Shown here: piece after piece, positions 19,750-30,083 of the stretch | Position numbering within the stretch: the stretch's first letter is position 1 | Layout: the number at the start of each line of letters is the position of its first letter | DNA from: an uncultured archaeon | GTDB lineage: Archaea > Iainarchaeota > Iainarchaeia > Iainarchaeales > CAZILS01 | Direction of reading: 5' to 3' | DNA: 64,000 nucleotides | Assembly (NCBI GenBank): GCA_964540145.1 | Contig: CAZILS010000001.1 | Span: 19,640-83,639 of the forward strand | Position numbers and translations under genes: made by a program | Notes under the pieces: model-generated | Told to the model about the DNA's origin: nothing | The model's database searches: none | What the model saw: only the letters and a program-made list of their open reading frames with translations

Positions 19750-21558
19750 TTAGTTATTTTTCGCTCCGAAAGGGATATATTCCTTACCTCCGCCTTCGAA
19801 GAACTTTGTGAAGAACTCCACATAGTGGAGCCTCATCGAGTGTAAAAATCCGCCCAGGATTCCGAGCAGGATGTTTATTCCGTGTCCGAGTAATATGACG
19901 AGGATTGCGGCGAGGATCATGAAACCGCCTTGTGCCATAAACTGCCCTGCAAATGTGTTGACAACAATCGCGAGCTGGACAGACGCAAGGCCGACCGCAA
20001 ACAGCCTTGCGTAGGACAGGGTGTTGCTTAGCAGGCCGGGCAGTTCAACTATGCCCCTTACGCCCTCCCCCATGTAAAGGTAGGCGAGGCCCGCGGCGGT
20101 TACCAAAATTCCCGTAATCATAAGGCCCTGCGCGCCCTCAATAAGGGAAAGGTATTCGATTGCGATAAGCGCTATGCCTATTTCGAGGAGTATCCAGCTT
20201 ATTTTCTCCTTGAAAGCGTGGGAGAAGCCGTGGTGCTTAAGCACATTGTAAAAACCTAAGAGGAAACCAAGGTTTAGGTGGAAAACCCCGATAGCGATTG
20301 AGACCATGAGCATTGTGTTTATGTCGTGCGCGCGGTTGATTAGGGGGTGATAAATTTCGGCCCCGAAAAACTCCGCAAAGGCAAGGCCAAACAGGATTGT
20401 GCCTATTGCCGAGAAAACAAGGGTTGTGAGGAGTTTTCTTCCTTCACCCTGCATCTTGCCCCTAAGGTAGAGGAAAGCCGCAAGGCATACTATTCCATAG
20501 CCTATGTCCCCCAGGATAAAGCCGAAGAACAGGGGGAAAGTGAACGCCATCAGGGCTGTGGGATCAATCTCATGGTATTTCGGCAGGGAATAAAGGCCCA
20601 TGAAGAACTCGAACGGTTTTGCCGGCCCGGGGTTGTCGAGGGAGATAGGGGCACCTTTCCCGCCCTCAAGGGCTTCAACAAAAACCTTGCCGCGGGAAAT
20701 TGTGTCGAGCTTCCTTTGCAGGGTTTCGAACTTGCCTGTCGGCACCCAGCCTGTCGCAAAGAATGCGTTTCTTGACGAGGCAAATCGAACCGGGGCCATT
20801 GCCTTTGAATTTTCTTCTTCCAGTGCGGTTTGGTAGCCGAGGAGGAACGGGGCATTCTTTTTGGAGAATGCCGAAATCTTTGATTCAAGAACCGATATTT
20901 TTGAGGTGGTTCTTTCTATCTCCGCCTGGACATCCTTCACAAACTCCTTTTCGGGGAGGGTTAGCTGCGAAAATCCCTGCTCGTCAAGGATTTGCTGTGC
21001 TGCAACCTTGTTTTCCAAAGGAACGTAAAGCGCAATAACCTGTTTCTTGCCGTAAGTGCCCTCTACCAGCTCAAACTGCAGCCCCTTTTCCTCGAGAATT
21101 CTCCTTGGGCTTTTCTTGACAAAGCCCACGAGGACAGAGAGCATTGTGTAGTCCTTAAGCAAACGCCGGCTAAGGCCAAGAGAGCTTATCGGAAGGAGTT
21201 GGGAAAGCTGCTGGGTTAAGGCCCTTAGTTCATCTTTTGTGTTTTGGAGTTCTGTGGTAAGGCGGTTGTATTCCGAGCTTAGCTGGGGAATTATTGAGGC
21301 TGCGCCTTTGAAGTCGCGAATAGGCCTTTCGTTCCCGGTTGGTTTTAGGCCTAAGCCCGAAACCATTGCGTTAACCTTGACAATCTGCGAACTGTAAAAT
21401 TCCGCGGATTCCATCGGCTCCCCGATGTCGAAGAAATTGTCCTTTTCATGGTCGTCTAAATGAAGGAGACCTGTGCTGTAAAGTTCCCTGACCGCCTGCT
21501 CAAGAGCCCCCTTGGGGCCAACAACCCTTGCTTTGGTCATTCTTTTTGCCTTGAGCAT
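19750..21558 (-). CDS. atpI: A-type ATP synthase subunit I (a)
   Basis: Soluble N-terminal half plus polytopic C-terminal half with LSYARLFAVGLAS. ATG at 21558. Confidence 0.85.
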   Translation of the reverse strand: MLKAKRMTKARVVGPKGALEQAVRELYSTGLLHLDDHEKDNFFDIGEPMESAEFYSSQIVKVNAMVSGLGLKPTGNERPIRDFKGAASIIPQLSSEYNRLTTELQNTKDELRALTQQLSQLLPISSLGLSRRLLKDYTMLSVLVGFVKKSPRRILEEKGLQFELVEGTYGKKQVIALYVPLENKVAAQQILDEQGFSQLTLPEKEFVKDVQAEIERTTSKISVLESKISAFSKKNAPFLLGYQTALEEENSKAMAPVRFASSRNAFFATGWVPTGKFETLQRKLDTISRGKVFVEALEGGKGAPISLDNPGPAKPFEFFMGLYSLPKYHEIDPTALMAFTFPLFFGFILGDIGYGIVCLAAFLYLRGKMQGEGRKLLTTLVFSAIGTILFGLAFAEFFGAEIYHPLINRAHDINTMLMVSIAIGVFHLNLGFLLGFYNVLKHHGFSHAFKEKISWILLEIGIALIAIEYLSLIEGAQGLMITGILVTAAGLAYLYMGEGVRGIVELPGLLSNTLSYARLFAVGLASVQLAIVVNTFAGQFMAQGGFMILAAILVILLGHGINILLGILGGFLHSMRLHYVEFFTKFFEGGGKEYIPFGAKNN

Positions 21559-21566
21559 CACAAACA

Positions 21567-21923
21567 CTATTTTAGAATTGCCTTTTTGAATGCTGAGACA
21601 ACGTGGTCGGCCTGCTCTTCCACTCTGGATTCGGCCCTGCTGCGCATGCCGGATATTGTTTTCTGCGCCTCGGAAAATGATTTTTCCTTCTGCTGCGAAA
21701 TCGAAGCCTCCGCTCTCCTGAGCTCGGTTTCCCTTATCGAAGACCGTTCCTTTTCCTGCCCGGAAAGAATTTCTCCTGCCTCTTTTTTCGCATTTTCGAG
21801 GATTTTTGAGCGCTCCTGCTCGCCTTTGGCCTCTGCTTCCGCAGCCTTCGCCTCGGCGGCCTTTACCTGTTCAAGAGTGTCGGTATTCCCCACCTTGCTC
21901 ACCAGAATATAAGATAAAAGCAT
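21567..21923 (-). CDS. atpH: A-type ATP synthase subunit H (probable)
   Basis: Small Ala/Glu/Lys-rich coiled-coil protein at the head of the operon. Called from position and composition only. Confidence 0.6.
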   Translation of the reverse strand: MLLSYILVSKVGNTDTLEQVKAAEAKAAEAEAKGEQERSKILENAKKEAGEILSGQEKERSSIRETELRRAEASISQQKEKSFSEAQKTISGMRSRAESRVEEQADHVVSAFKKAILK

Positions 21924-22004
21924 AAACCTTTAAGAAGTATCTGTTCTTTCGGCGAATGGCGTGTTGTCCCCCGCCAGTGGTTTTTCCCCGCTATTCATTG
22001 CGCC

Positions 22005-22652
22005 CTATGGGCGTATCGCTCCGCTCCGCTTGGTGGGGGAGGAGGGGCATTCGGGGGCAAGGGGGCATTCCCCGCATTTGGGGGAGATTGGTTTGCAGAT
22101 GCGCCGGCCGTATTTTACCATGAGTTCGTTGAGGGGCAGCCACAAGTGCTTGGGAAAGTAGGCGCGGAGGGCTTGCTCTGTCTGCTCCGGGGTTTTGGTT
22201 TTCACTATCCCAAGGCGGTTTGAAATTCTATGCACGTGGGTGTCGACCGGAATTGCCGGCTTTGAGAAGGCGAACACCAAAACGCAGTTTGCTGTCTTTC
22301 TCCCTACCCCGGGGAGCAGGGTTAACTCCTCGATGCTTTGAGGAACTTTGCCTTTATATTTCTTTAATAGAATCCCGGATACAGACTTGACTTTCTTTGC
22401 CTTCTCGTTGTAGAAGCCGCTTGGTTTTATCAGTTTCTTTATTTGGGAAAGGGGGGCTTTTGCGAGCTTTTGCGGAGAGGGGTATTTTGAGAACAGGTTT
22501 TCGGATGCGAGCGCCGTGTTCTCATCGCGGGTTCGCTGTGAGAGGATTGTTGAGATAAGGACTTGGAAAGGGCTTCTGAAACCGACAACCGGTTTTGTCT
22601 TTCCGAGCTTGCCCCGCATCCGGGAAACTATTTTTTCGGGGGATAGAGCCAT
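22005..22652 (-). CDS. nth: Endonuclease III (HhH-GPD DNA glycosylase with 4Fe-4S cluster)
   Basis: LPGVGRKTANCVL HhH motif, catalytic D in PVDTHV, cluster CKPISPKCGECPLAPEC. Confidence 0.85.
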   Translation of the reverse strand: MALSPEKIVSRMRGKLGKTKPVVGFRSPFQVLISTILSQRTRDENTALASENLFSKYPSPQKLAKAPLSQIKKLIKPSGFYNEKAKKVKSVSGILLKKYKGKVPQSIEELTLLPGVGRKTANCVLVFAFSKPAIPVDTHVHRISNRLGIVKTKTPEQTEQALRAYFPKHLWLPLNELMVKYGRRICKPISPKCGECPLAPECPSSPTKRSGAIRP

Positions 22653-22688
22653 GGCTATGTTGTATTGGAAAATAAAGAAAAGGAGATG

Positions 22689-22925
22689 TTATTCCTCGAT
22701 GCCGAGCGCTTCCGCGATAGCCGCCCTGTCGAAGCCGACAATTGCCTTGCCGCCTATGTCGATGACGGGAACGCCCTGCTGGCCTGTCTTATCTATCATT
22801 TCCTTGGCCTTCTCCCGGTCTGTGCTGACATCATAGTCCTTGAACTCGATTCCCTTCTCTTTTAGGAAATCCTTGAGCATGACGCAGTAGGGACAGCTTT
22901 GTGTCGAATAGACTGTTACGTTCAT
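22689..22925 (-). CDS. Glutaredoxin-like protein
   Basis: 78 aa, VYSTQSCPYC active site, GVPVIDIGG. Confidence 0.8.
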   Translation of the reverse strand: MNVTVYSTQSCPYCVMLKDFLKEKGIEFKDYDVSTDREKAKEMIDKTGQQGVPVIDIGGKAIVGFDRAAIAEALGIEE

Positions 22926-23040
22926 TTTGGTACCTCCTTAGGAATTATGCTAAGGGAGTATAAAAGGATTGCGGAATTGTCCGCAGGGAAGATGGCGAAG
23001 CCTAGCCTTGATTAAAAAAGAAAATAGGGTGGCGGTGGTT

Positions 23041-24126
23041 TTAACCACAGTCGCCTGTTGACGCCGAGGCGCTGTCCGAAAGCGCGACTTCGCATGCTTC
23101 GGGAGCGTCTAAGTATGCGCCGCATATCCCCGACTTGTAATTTTCAGGGGAGCGCCCGCCGGAGTACGCAACATCGTTGATGAAGACGCTTGGGGAGCCT
23201 CTCACACCAAACTTCTCATTGAGGGCGACTTCGTTTGCGAGCAGGGTTTCCGCTTCCTCATCGTAGCATCCCTGGATTTCATCGCTGTCAAGGCCGGCTG
23301 CTTCGGCTGCTGTTTCCCAGCAACTGTCGATGTTTGCGTTGGAGCAGTTCGCATTGACATAGTTCACATAATCCCAGAACTTGTCCTTGTTGTACTTGAA
23401 GATGCAGAGCTGCCTAACCCCCTCCTCCAATTCTGTGCGGCCGTGCATCGAGCAGTAATCATCGAGGCAATACTGGCTCTCAACGCCGGCATAGCCTGCG
23501 GAGTCATAGATTACGAAGTGCGGCTCGAAGTCGACTGTATTGCCGAGCGCCTCAAGAGCGGGGCCAAGCCCTGCCTCGGCCTGCTGGCCGTAAGGGCAGA
23601 ATGTCATAACAAACATCTTTACGTTCGGTGTTTCTGTCTTGGCCACTTCCGGGGCTGCTTTCGCAGGAGCTGCGGTTTCCGGTTCAGGGAGCTCTTCGTC
23701 CAAATCCAAAGGCGCCTGGACAAGGTGCTTTCCGTCCTTTGTTAAGTAAACTGCGAATGTGTCGAGCAATTCACCATTATCGTAGAGTTCTAATTCTGCC
23801 TCGTTGAGGTTGTCAGAATATGATTTCATGGAGATTACCTTTACATCCGGGTTTTCAAGGCCCTGCAAAGCAAGCAGGCCTTCCAAATGTGTCTCTGCCT
23901 TGGCTGTTAGGTCTGCCTCGGAAATTGGCGGGGTTGCGTCGCATGTTGCGGTTGCGCCCCCATTTGAAGCAGTGTCGGTTGCCGCGGGCATTGCCATAAG
24001 CCCTGTTGCAGGCAAAACACTGTATGAGATTATTATGCCCAAAACAAGGGCAACAGCCGCGATTCCTGCGGCATAGTTAAAAGAAAATGTCTTTTCCAGA
24101 ATGCTTCCCGAATTGTTGTCTGTCAT
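23041..24126 (-). CDS. Membrane-anchored thioredoxin-fold/DsbA-like thiol-disulfide oxidoreductase
   Basis: N-terminal TM helix, FCPYGQQ redox motif, many paired Cys in the C-terminal domain. Confidence 0.6.
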   Translation of the reverse strand: MTDNNSGSILEKTFSFNYAAGIAAVALVLGIIISYSVLPATGLMAMPAATDTASNGGATATCDATPPISEADLTAKAETHLEGLLALQGLENPDVKVISMKSYSDNLNEAELELYDNGELLDTFAVYLTKDGKHLVQAPLDLDEELPEPETAAPAKAAPEVAKTETPNVKMFVMTFCPYGQQAEAGLGPALEALGNTVDFEPHFVIYDSAGYAGVESQYCLDDYCSMHGRTELEEGVRQLCIFKYNKDKFWDYVNYVNANCSNANIDSCWETAAEAAGLDSDEIQGCYDEEAETLLANEVALNEKFGVRGSPSVFINDVAYSGGRSPENYKSGICGAYLDAPEACEVALSDSASASTGDCG

Positions 24127-24238
24127 TTAGAACCCCCTAAAAATGGTTTTGGATTTTGGGCTGCAAAACCTATTTAAAACCCTTATATATATGCAGCTTT
24201 TCTCCTTTATAAAGGTTTCCCTTTGTTCGGTTAATTAG

Positions 24239-24916
24239 TTAATGGGCTGGAAACCCCTGAAGGAGGCGCTCTATTGCCTGCTTCGGGTCTTGGGAGGTTA
24301 CTATCGCACTCGAGACAAAGACCCCCTCAACCCCGAGCCCTATCGCCTTCTTCACGTCCCCGGTGTTCCTTATACCTGCGCCGGTAACAACGTTGATTTT
24401 CTTGCTTACTTCCGCGATTGCATTGACCGCGCCGGAGATAAGGTCGGGCTTTGCGTCGGAGATTGAGACAGTCCCGCCTATCAGCCCTGGAATTTCAACG
24501 GAGATTATGTCCGGGGAGAGCTCCGCTATTTCCTTTGCGCGGGCGACGCTTTCCGCACAGGCCATAACCTCAAGGCCGGCATCCTTCGCCCGCTCCACGG
24601 AAGCCGCAAGGGCGCGGGCGCCGAGCGGCCTTTCAGGGTGGTTAAGGACCGTGCCTTCGGCGCCTGCCGCCTTAACCCCTTCGGGAAGGGTGTGACCTGC
24701 GTGCTTGCCGTAGGCTATGGGGTCTATGTGCTGCGCATATGTTGGTAAAGAAACCGCTTCTGAAACAGGTTTTATGTCAACTGCCTGAACAACAAGGCAG
24801 ACTGTTGCCCTGTTTTTGGAGGCGGCCTCCTCGGCAAGTTTTGCGAGGGTAATTGCGTTCTCTCCGGTGGCTTCCCGGTAAGTCTTGAAATTTATGAATA
24901 ATGCCGGTGTTTTCAT
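24239..24916 (-). CDS. tpiA: Triosephosphate isomerase (archaeal short form)
   Basis: LFINFKTYREATG, LNHPERP, VTGAGI. ATG 24916 gives 225 aa. The track start at 24946 is a TTG. Confidence 0.8.
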   Translation of the reverse strand: MKTPALFINFKTYREATGENAITLAKLAEEAASKNRATVCLVVQAVDIKPVSEAVSLPTYAQHIDPIAYGKHAGHTLPEGVKAAGAEGTVLNHPERPLGARALAASVERAKDAGLEVMACAESVARAKEIAELSPDIISVEIPGLIGGTVSISDAKPDLISGAVNAIAEVSKKINVVTGAGIRNTGDVKKAIGLGVEGVFVSSAIVTSQDPKQAIERLLQGFPAH

Positions 24917-25028
24917 CCTATCGAAAAGAAGCTGGGGCAAAGCCAATATAAATGTTGGGGGTTTTTCTTGGCATATTCGAAAAACAGAACCCCTTAAAAT
25001 AACAACTTCGCCATATTATTTTTTTACC

Positions 25029-26882
25029 ATGGGCAGGGAATCCGAGCTTATTTTAGAAAACAGCCTTATTACTTCCGGGGCGGACAAGGGATTCGTGGAG
25101 AGGGCTGTCGATTTCGCCAAGGGGCTTTGTGACGAGACAGACCTTACCGGGGAGGGGGTGTTCCCGCACAACCTTGCTGTCGGGAAGATACTTGCGGATA
25201 TGGGGCTGGGCCCCAAAATTATTGCCGCAGGCTTGCTGCACAATGCGATTGATAATTGTGCTGTGCCTGCGCAGATAGAGAAGCAATTTGGGAAGGATGT
25301 TCTTGAGCTTGTCGAGCTTCACCACAAGTTCAGGAAAAGTGTCAGGGGCAGGGAAAGAAAAGCGGGAAAGATGCTGATTGCGATTTCCCAGAACCTTGGC
25401 TTTGTTTTTGTCGAGCTGGCAGATACCAAGGCGAACCTTGAAAGAGCCGGGAAGCTCCCTGCGGAAAGGAGGGCGTGGTTTGTCAAGGCTGCGAAGGAGC
25501 TCTATGCGCCGCTTGCGTACAGATTGGGAATTTACAGGATGAAGGCTGATTTGGAGGATTTGGTTTTCAGGGCGGAAAATCCCGAAAAATACAGGGAAAT
25601 TGAGGCAAAGGTTGAGAACAGCAGGGCGGAAATGGAAAAGCGGCTTGAAAAGCTGGGAGAAATTCTTAGGGGGGCGCTGAGGAAGGAGGGGATTAAAGCA
25701 GAGATGCTGACAAGGGTCAAGCACATCTATGGGATATATGGCAAGATGCTTAGGCGGGGGAAGGCATTCGATGAAATCTATGACCTAAGGGGGATAAGGG
25801 TTATCGCAAAGAGCGTTGATGACTGCTACAAGGTTTTGGGGGTGGCGCACAGCCTTTGGAAACACATTCCCGCGGAATTCGACGACTACATAATGAAGCC
25901 GAAGGAGAATAATTACAGGTCGATACATACCACTGTTATAGGGCCTATGGGAAACCCTTTGGAGATACAAATAAGGACAGGGGAGATGGACCGGGCTGCG
26001 GAGCTTGGGCTTGCCGCCCACTGGAGTTACAAGGGCGGGAAAGCGACAAAGCACGAGAAGAAACTTGAGTGGGCCAGGCAGTTGCTTGAGTGGCAAAGGA
26101 ATTCCGAGGAGGCATTGTCCGAGCTTATCAATGTCGATTTCTTCGACAACGTTATATTTGTGCTTACCCCCAAGGGGGATGTCATAGAGCTTCCGCAGGG
26201 CGCGACCCCGATTGACTTTGCGTATGCAATACATACAAAACTTGGGGAAAAATGCGAGAAGGCAAAGGTGAACAGCAGGCTTGTGAGCCTTAACTATGCG
26301 CTCAAGAACGGGGATTTGGTCGATGTCATAATAAGCCCTTCGCAAAAGCCAAAGAGGGCCTGGCTGACTTTTGTGAAGACGGAGAAGGCCAAGCTGAAGA
26401 TAAGGCAGGCCCTGAACTTGCAGAAGAGTTTTGAGCCCGCCAAAAAGGAGAAAAGGCGGGATGTGCTCACCGCCCCAAAAGGGGCGGGGAAAATAAGGGT
26501 GGGAAAGTGCTGCTCGCCTTTGCCGGGGGACGAGCTTGTGGGGTTCTGGACAACGAAAAGGAAATTGTCGGTGCACAGGAAAGGCTGTGATGAGGTTGGG
26601 AAAATGGCCGAGGGGAGGAAAATTTTTTCGGTTGATTTGGGGGGCGCAGGGGGCGAGGCAACGATAGAGCTCACCGCAGCGGACAGGGCGGGCCTTCTCA
26701 CCGACCTTCTTTCCGCAATGTCCTCGTTCAACGCAAAGGTGGTGGGGGCAACCGCGAAAACCTCGCAGACAAACAAAACCACATGCAGGTTTGATGTCAG
26801 GGTAAGGGACAGGGCGGAGCTTGAGAAGATAACCGAAAGGCTGGGGAAGCTTCCCGGGGTTAAGGGCATCAGAAGGATTTAG
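25029..26882 (+). CDS. Long RelA/SpoT homolog: degenerate HD domain, (p)ppGpp synthetase, TGS, zinc-finger and ACT domains
   Basis: Synthetase motifs RVKHIYGIYGKM, YDLRGIRVI, NNYRSIHTTV, LEIQIRTGEMD, AAHWSYKG. TGS VLTPKGDVIELPQGATPIDFAYAIHT. CCSPLPGD...HRKGC. ACT IELTAADRAGLL. The HD motif reads LLHNAID. Confidence 0.85.
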   Translation: MGRESELILENSLITSGADKGFVERAVDFAKGLCDETDLTGEGVFPHNLAVGKILADMGLGPKIIAAGLLHNAIDNCAVPAQIEKQFGKDVLELVELHHKFRKSVRGRERKAGKMLIAISQNLGFVFVELADTKANLERAGKLPAERRAWFVKAAKELYAPLAYRLGIYRMKADLEDLVFRAENPEKYREIEAKVENSRAEMEKRLEKLGEILRGALRKEGIKAEMLTRVKHIYGIYGKMLRRGKAFDEIYDLRGIRVIAKSVDDCYKVLGVAHSLWKHIPAEFDDYIMKPKENNYRSIHTTVIGPMGNPLEIQIRTGEMDRAAELGLAAHWSYKGGKATKHEKKLEWARQLLEWQRNSEEALSELINVDFFDNVIFVLTPKGDVIELPQGATPIDFAYAIHTKLGEKCEKAKVNSRLVSLNYALKNGDLVDVIISPSQKPKRAWLTFVKTEKAKLKIRQALNLQKSFEPAKKEKRRDVLTAPKGAGKIRVGKCCSPLPGDELVGFWTTKRKLSVHRKGCDEVGKMAEGRKIFSVDLGGAGGEATIELTAADRAGLLTDLLSAMSSFNAKVVGATAKTSQTNKTTCRFDVRVRDRAELEKITERLGKLPGVKGIRRI

Positions 26883-26941
26883 CGGAAAGTTAATTTCCCG
26901 GGGGGTTTTTATATACTTTATTGCCAATATGTGTGGGGAGC

Positions 26942-27652
26942 ATGGCGAAGGATTTTGTTATAAGCGCGGATAATGTCTGCAAGACATATCTTATGGGGGA
27001 TGTCGAGGTTAAGGCGCTCAGCGAGGTTAATTTGGGGGTTGGCCGTGGGGATTATATTTCCATTATGGGGCCTTCGGGGAGCGGGAAAACCACTTTGCTT
27101 AATGTGCTCAGCTGTTTGCTAAGGCCGAGTGCGGGGGAAATCAAGATTAACAACAGCCCTATCTCAAAAATGGATGATGATGAGCTTGCGAGAATCAGGG
27201 GGAAGACTATCGGGTTTATTTTCCAGACATTTAACCTCCTGGGGAGGATGACGGCATTGGAGAATGTGATGTTGCCGCTCTGGTTTGAGGGGATTCCTCT
27301 TGAGGAAAGGAGGGAGATAGCGGTTACGATGCTTGGGCAGGTTGGATTGGGGGACAGGATGCACCACAGGCCGAGCGAGCTTTCCGGGGGGCAGAGGCAA
27401 AGGGTTGCGATTGCGAGGGCGCTTGCGAACGACCCCGACATTATTGTTGCGGACGAGCCGACAGGGAACCTTGATTCCAAATCCGGCGATCAAATTTTGG
27501 AGATAATCGATAGGCTTAATAAGAAGGACGGCAAAACAGTACTAATGGTTACCCACGAGGAATATGTTGCGAAAAGAGCCCACAAAACAATATTCCTAAA
27601 AGACGGAAAAATAGTGAAAGAGGTAAAAAACGGGGGGAGGAACTTTTCATGA
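26942..27652 (+). CDS. ABC transporter ATP-binding protein (MacB/LolD-like)
   Basis: [39 protein letters not shown]. Confidence 0.9.
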   Translation: MAKDFVISADNVCKTYLMGDVEVKALSEVNLGVGRGDYISIMGPSGSGKTTLLNVLSCLLRPSAGEIKINNSPISKMDDDELARIRGKTIGFIFQTFNLLGRMTALENVMLPLWFEGIPLEERREIAVTMLGQVGLGDRMHHRPSELSGGQRQRVAIARALANDPDIIVADEPTGNLDSKSGDQILEIIDRLNKKDGKTVLMVTHEEYVAKRAHKTIFLKDGKIVKEVKNGGRNFS

Positions 27653-28869
27653 AGAAATTGCTGTTGGTGATTGCACTTGTTCTGGTTTCTGCGGGGGTAT
27701 TTGCGGGAAATGTCTATGTTTCGCATGTGAATTATACTCCTGCGCCGGCCCAGCCGGGAAAGTACCTCGAGTTGTGGGTGTGGATTGATAACAACAGCAA
27801 TTTTGGCGCCGAGGATGTCAAGGTTTGGCTTGATTTGAAATATCCCTTTTCACTCGACCCGGGGAAGAATAACGAAAGGCTGCTTGGAAACATAAAGAAT
27901 TTCGAAAGTGCGACTGTCAAATACGATTTGAGGGTAGACCCCATGGCGCTCGACGGCAGCTATGACCTTGAGGTCTATGCGAACGAAAAGGACGCCCTCG
28001 GCGGGAAAAAACAGAAGTTTACGATAACAATCCAGCAGATTAGCCCTGTTCTTGAGATTGTTGACAGCTCGGCAGCCAAATTGAGGCCGGGCGAGGATGT
28101 CGAGGCTGTTCTCACAATCAGGAATTTGGGGAAGGCTCCTGCGAACAACATAAGGGTTGTTTTTGAGGAAGACAGGACAGTTACAACGACAGGGGGTGTT
28201 GTCGAGAGGGAGATAATGCCGATAGGCGCCGCCGCCACATTTATTGAGGAAATAAAGGCGGGGGAAGAGGCGCGGATAAAGGTAATGCTTTCGGTCAACC
28301 CCGATGCCGAACTTAAGAACTACATGCTGCCTGTCGAGATTAGGTATTATGACCCTTCGGGAAGCTCGATGAGCAATACCTCTTATCTGGGGATAAGAGT
28401 GGATGGAGGCCCGATAATAGACGGTGTGGTAAGCGACGTTGATCCCGCGGCATATCCCGGGGCGATAACCGAAGTTACTTTCGACCTGTTCAATATAGGT
28501 GTGGGAAGTGCGTACTATGCTGTTGCGAAGATTGAGAGTGAGGGGCTTGGCCTTGAGGAGAAAAAGAATTTCATAGGGACTTTGGAGGCGGATGATTTCG
28601 ATTCGTTCAAGGAAACAATCAATGTTCCCGCGGGGATAACGCCCGGAAAATATCCGATAAATTTGACGCTTGAGTATCTTGACTCGGCCTCAAGGAACAA
28701 GAAGGAGACAATAACTGTTTACCTCGATGTGCTGAGTGTCGACGAGGCAATGGCGGCAAGCGGGCAGGGCGGCTCCATACTTGGCAGTATTGTCTTCCTG
28801 GCAATACTTGCGGTTGTCGGCTGGTTCGCATACAAAAAAGTTGTTAAGCCGAGGCTGCAGAAACGCTGA
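27649..28869 (+). CDS. Secreted, C-terminally anchored beta-rich protein (CARDB / S-layer-domain-like) associated with the ABC exporter
   Basis: Signal peptide [19 protein letters not shown], repeated beta-sandwich-like modules, C-terminal TM helix plus KKVVKPRLQKR. ATGA overlap with the ATPase gene. Confidence 0.55.
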   Translation: MKKLLLVIALVLVSAGVFAGNVYVSHVNYTPAPAQPGKYLELWVWIDNNSNFGAEDVKVWLDLKYPFSLDPGKNNERLLGNIKNFESATVKYDLRVDPMALDGSYDLEVYANEKDALGGKKQKFTITIQQISPVLEIVDSSAAKLRPGEDVEAVLTIRNLGKAPANNIRVVFEEDRTVTTTGGVVEREIMPIGAAATFIEEIKAGEEARIKVMLSVNPDAELKNYMLPVEIRYYDPSGSSMSNTSYLGIRVDGGPIIDGVVSDVDPAAYPGAITEVTFDLFNIGVGSAYYAVAKIESEGLGLEEKKNFIGTLEADDFDSFKETINVPAGITPGKYPINLTLEYLDSASRNKKETITVYLDVLSVDEAMAASGQGGSILGSIVFLAILAVVGWFAYKKVVKPRLQKR

Positions 28870-28880
28870 AGCCGGTTGCG

Positions 28881-30083
28881 ATGATCGATTTTGAGATTTT
28901 TTACGTTGCCGCTTACAATCTCCTAAAGCAGCCGCTTAGGAGCGCACTGACGCTAATCGGGATTGTGATAGGGATTGCGGCGATTGTTGCGCTTATCACT
29001 TTGGGCCAGGGCCTGCAGCTTGCCGTTACCTCGATGTTTGAGGAAATGGGCCTTAACACTATTTTTGTCGAGCCGGGAACGAGCATGATGTCCGCGGTTT
29101 TCGGGAACACCATCAGGGAATCGGACATCGGTCTTATCGAGGATATCCCGGGGGTTGATGCGGTGATTCCTTTCTACGAAACAAGTGCTACTTTAAAGTA
29201 TAAGGGCGAGGAGGAAGGGGCATTTATCATCGGTTACGACCCTGCCGACAGCGGGTTTATGGAGGAAATTGGCTATTTGGATATGGTCGAGGGAAGGCAA
29301 CTTACCTCCGCGGATAAATACGCGGTTGTTATAGGGGATACCTTTGCAGAAAGGGCATTTGATAACAAAGTTTCAATAAGGGAAAAGCTGGAGATGAAAG
29401 GCAAGAAGTTCAGGGTTATAGGCACTTTTTCCGAGGACGGGATGTTTGTTGGGGGCATGAACATAGGCGGGATTGTTTATATGACCGATGACGGGTTTAA
29501 GGAATTATTTGGGGTGGAAGACCCTTTTGAGCTCGTGGTTAAGGTGGGGAGCAAAGCCTCTGTTCCCGAGGTTGCGGAAAGGATTGAAAAGGCGTTGGAA
29601 GATGACCACGGGGAAAAAGATACGCAGATTCTGACAAGCGAACAGCTTATTGAGGGCGCGGGAATTATCCTCGGGATTATCCAGCTGGTTTTGGTGGGGA
29701 TTGCCGCAATTTCCCTTTTGGTCGGGGGAATAGGGATAATGAACACGATGATGATGTCGGTTGTCGAGAGGACAACGGAAATAGGCACGATGAAGGCTAT
29801 CGGCGCCACCAACAAGACAATACTTTCCCTGTTTTTGATTGAGGCCGGCGTTGTTGGTCTTGCCGGCGGGGGTATAGGCGTTGCTCTGGGGTTGGGCGCT
29901 GCGGTGTTTGTTTCCGCGATTGCGAAAAGCGCGGGGTTCGACCTGCCCACCGACTTTTCATTGCCGTTGATTGCGGGGGCGATGCTTTTCTCGATGGGGG
30001 TGGGGATGGTTTCCGGGATATTGCCTGCGAAAAGGGCTGCCGGGCTTGACCCTGTTGATGCCTTGCGGGAGGGGAAAGGATGA
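28881..30083 (+). CDS. ABC transporter permease, FtsX/MacB-like
   Basis: TM1, large periplasmic-type loop, then three TM helices with GGIGIMNTMMMSVVERTTEIGTMKAIGA. Confidence 0.85.
   Translation: MIDFEIFYVAAYNLLKQPLRSALTLIGIVIGIAAIVALITLGQGLQLAVTSMFEEMGLNTIFVEPGTSMMSAVFGNTIRESDIGLIEDIPGVDAVIPFYETSATLKYKGEEEGAFIIGYDPADSGFMEEIGYLDMVEGRQLTSADKYAVVIGDTFAERAFDNKVSIREKLEMKGKKFRVIGTFSEDGMFVGGMNIGGIVYMTDDGFKELFGVEDPFELVVKVGSKASVPEVAERIEKALEDDHGEKDTQILTSEQLIEGAGIILGIIQLVLVGIAAISLLVGGIGIMNTMMMSVVERTTEIGTMKAIGATNKTILSLFLIEAGVVGLAGGGIGVALGLGAAVFVSAIAKSAGFDLPTDFSLPLIAGAMLFSMGVGMVSGILPAKRAAGLDPVDALREGKG

Noticed and set aside
24885-25028. Upstream extension of the RelA/SpoT ORF, and the TTG-start extension of tpiA (24917..24946)
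   Set aside because: The two extensions overlap each other. ATG 25029 (with CTTAAAATAA upstream) and ATG 24916 give proteins of canonical length.
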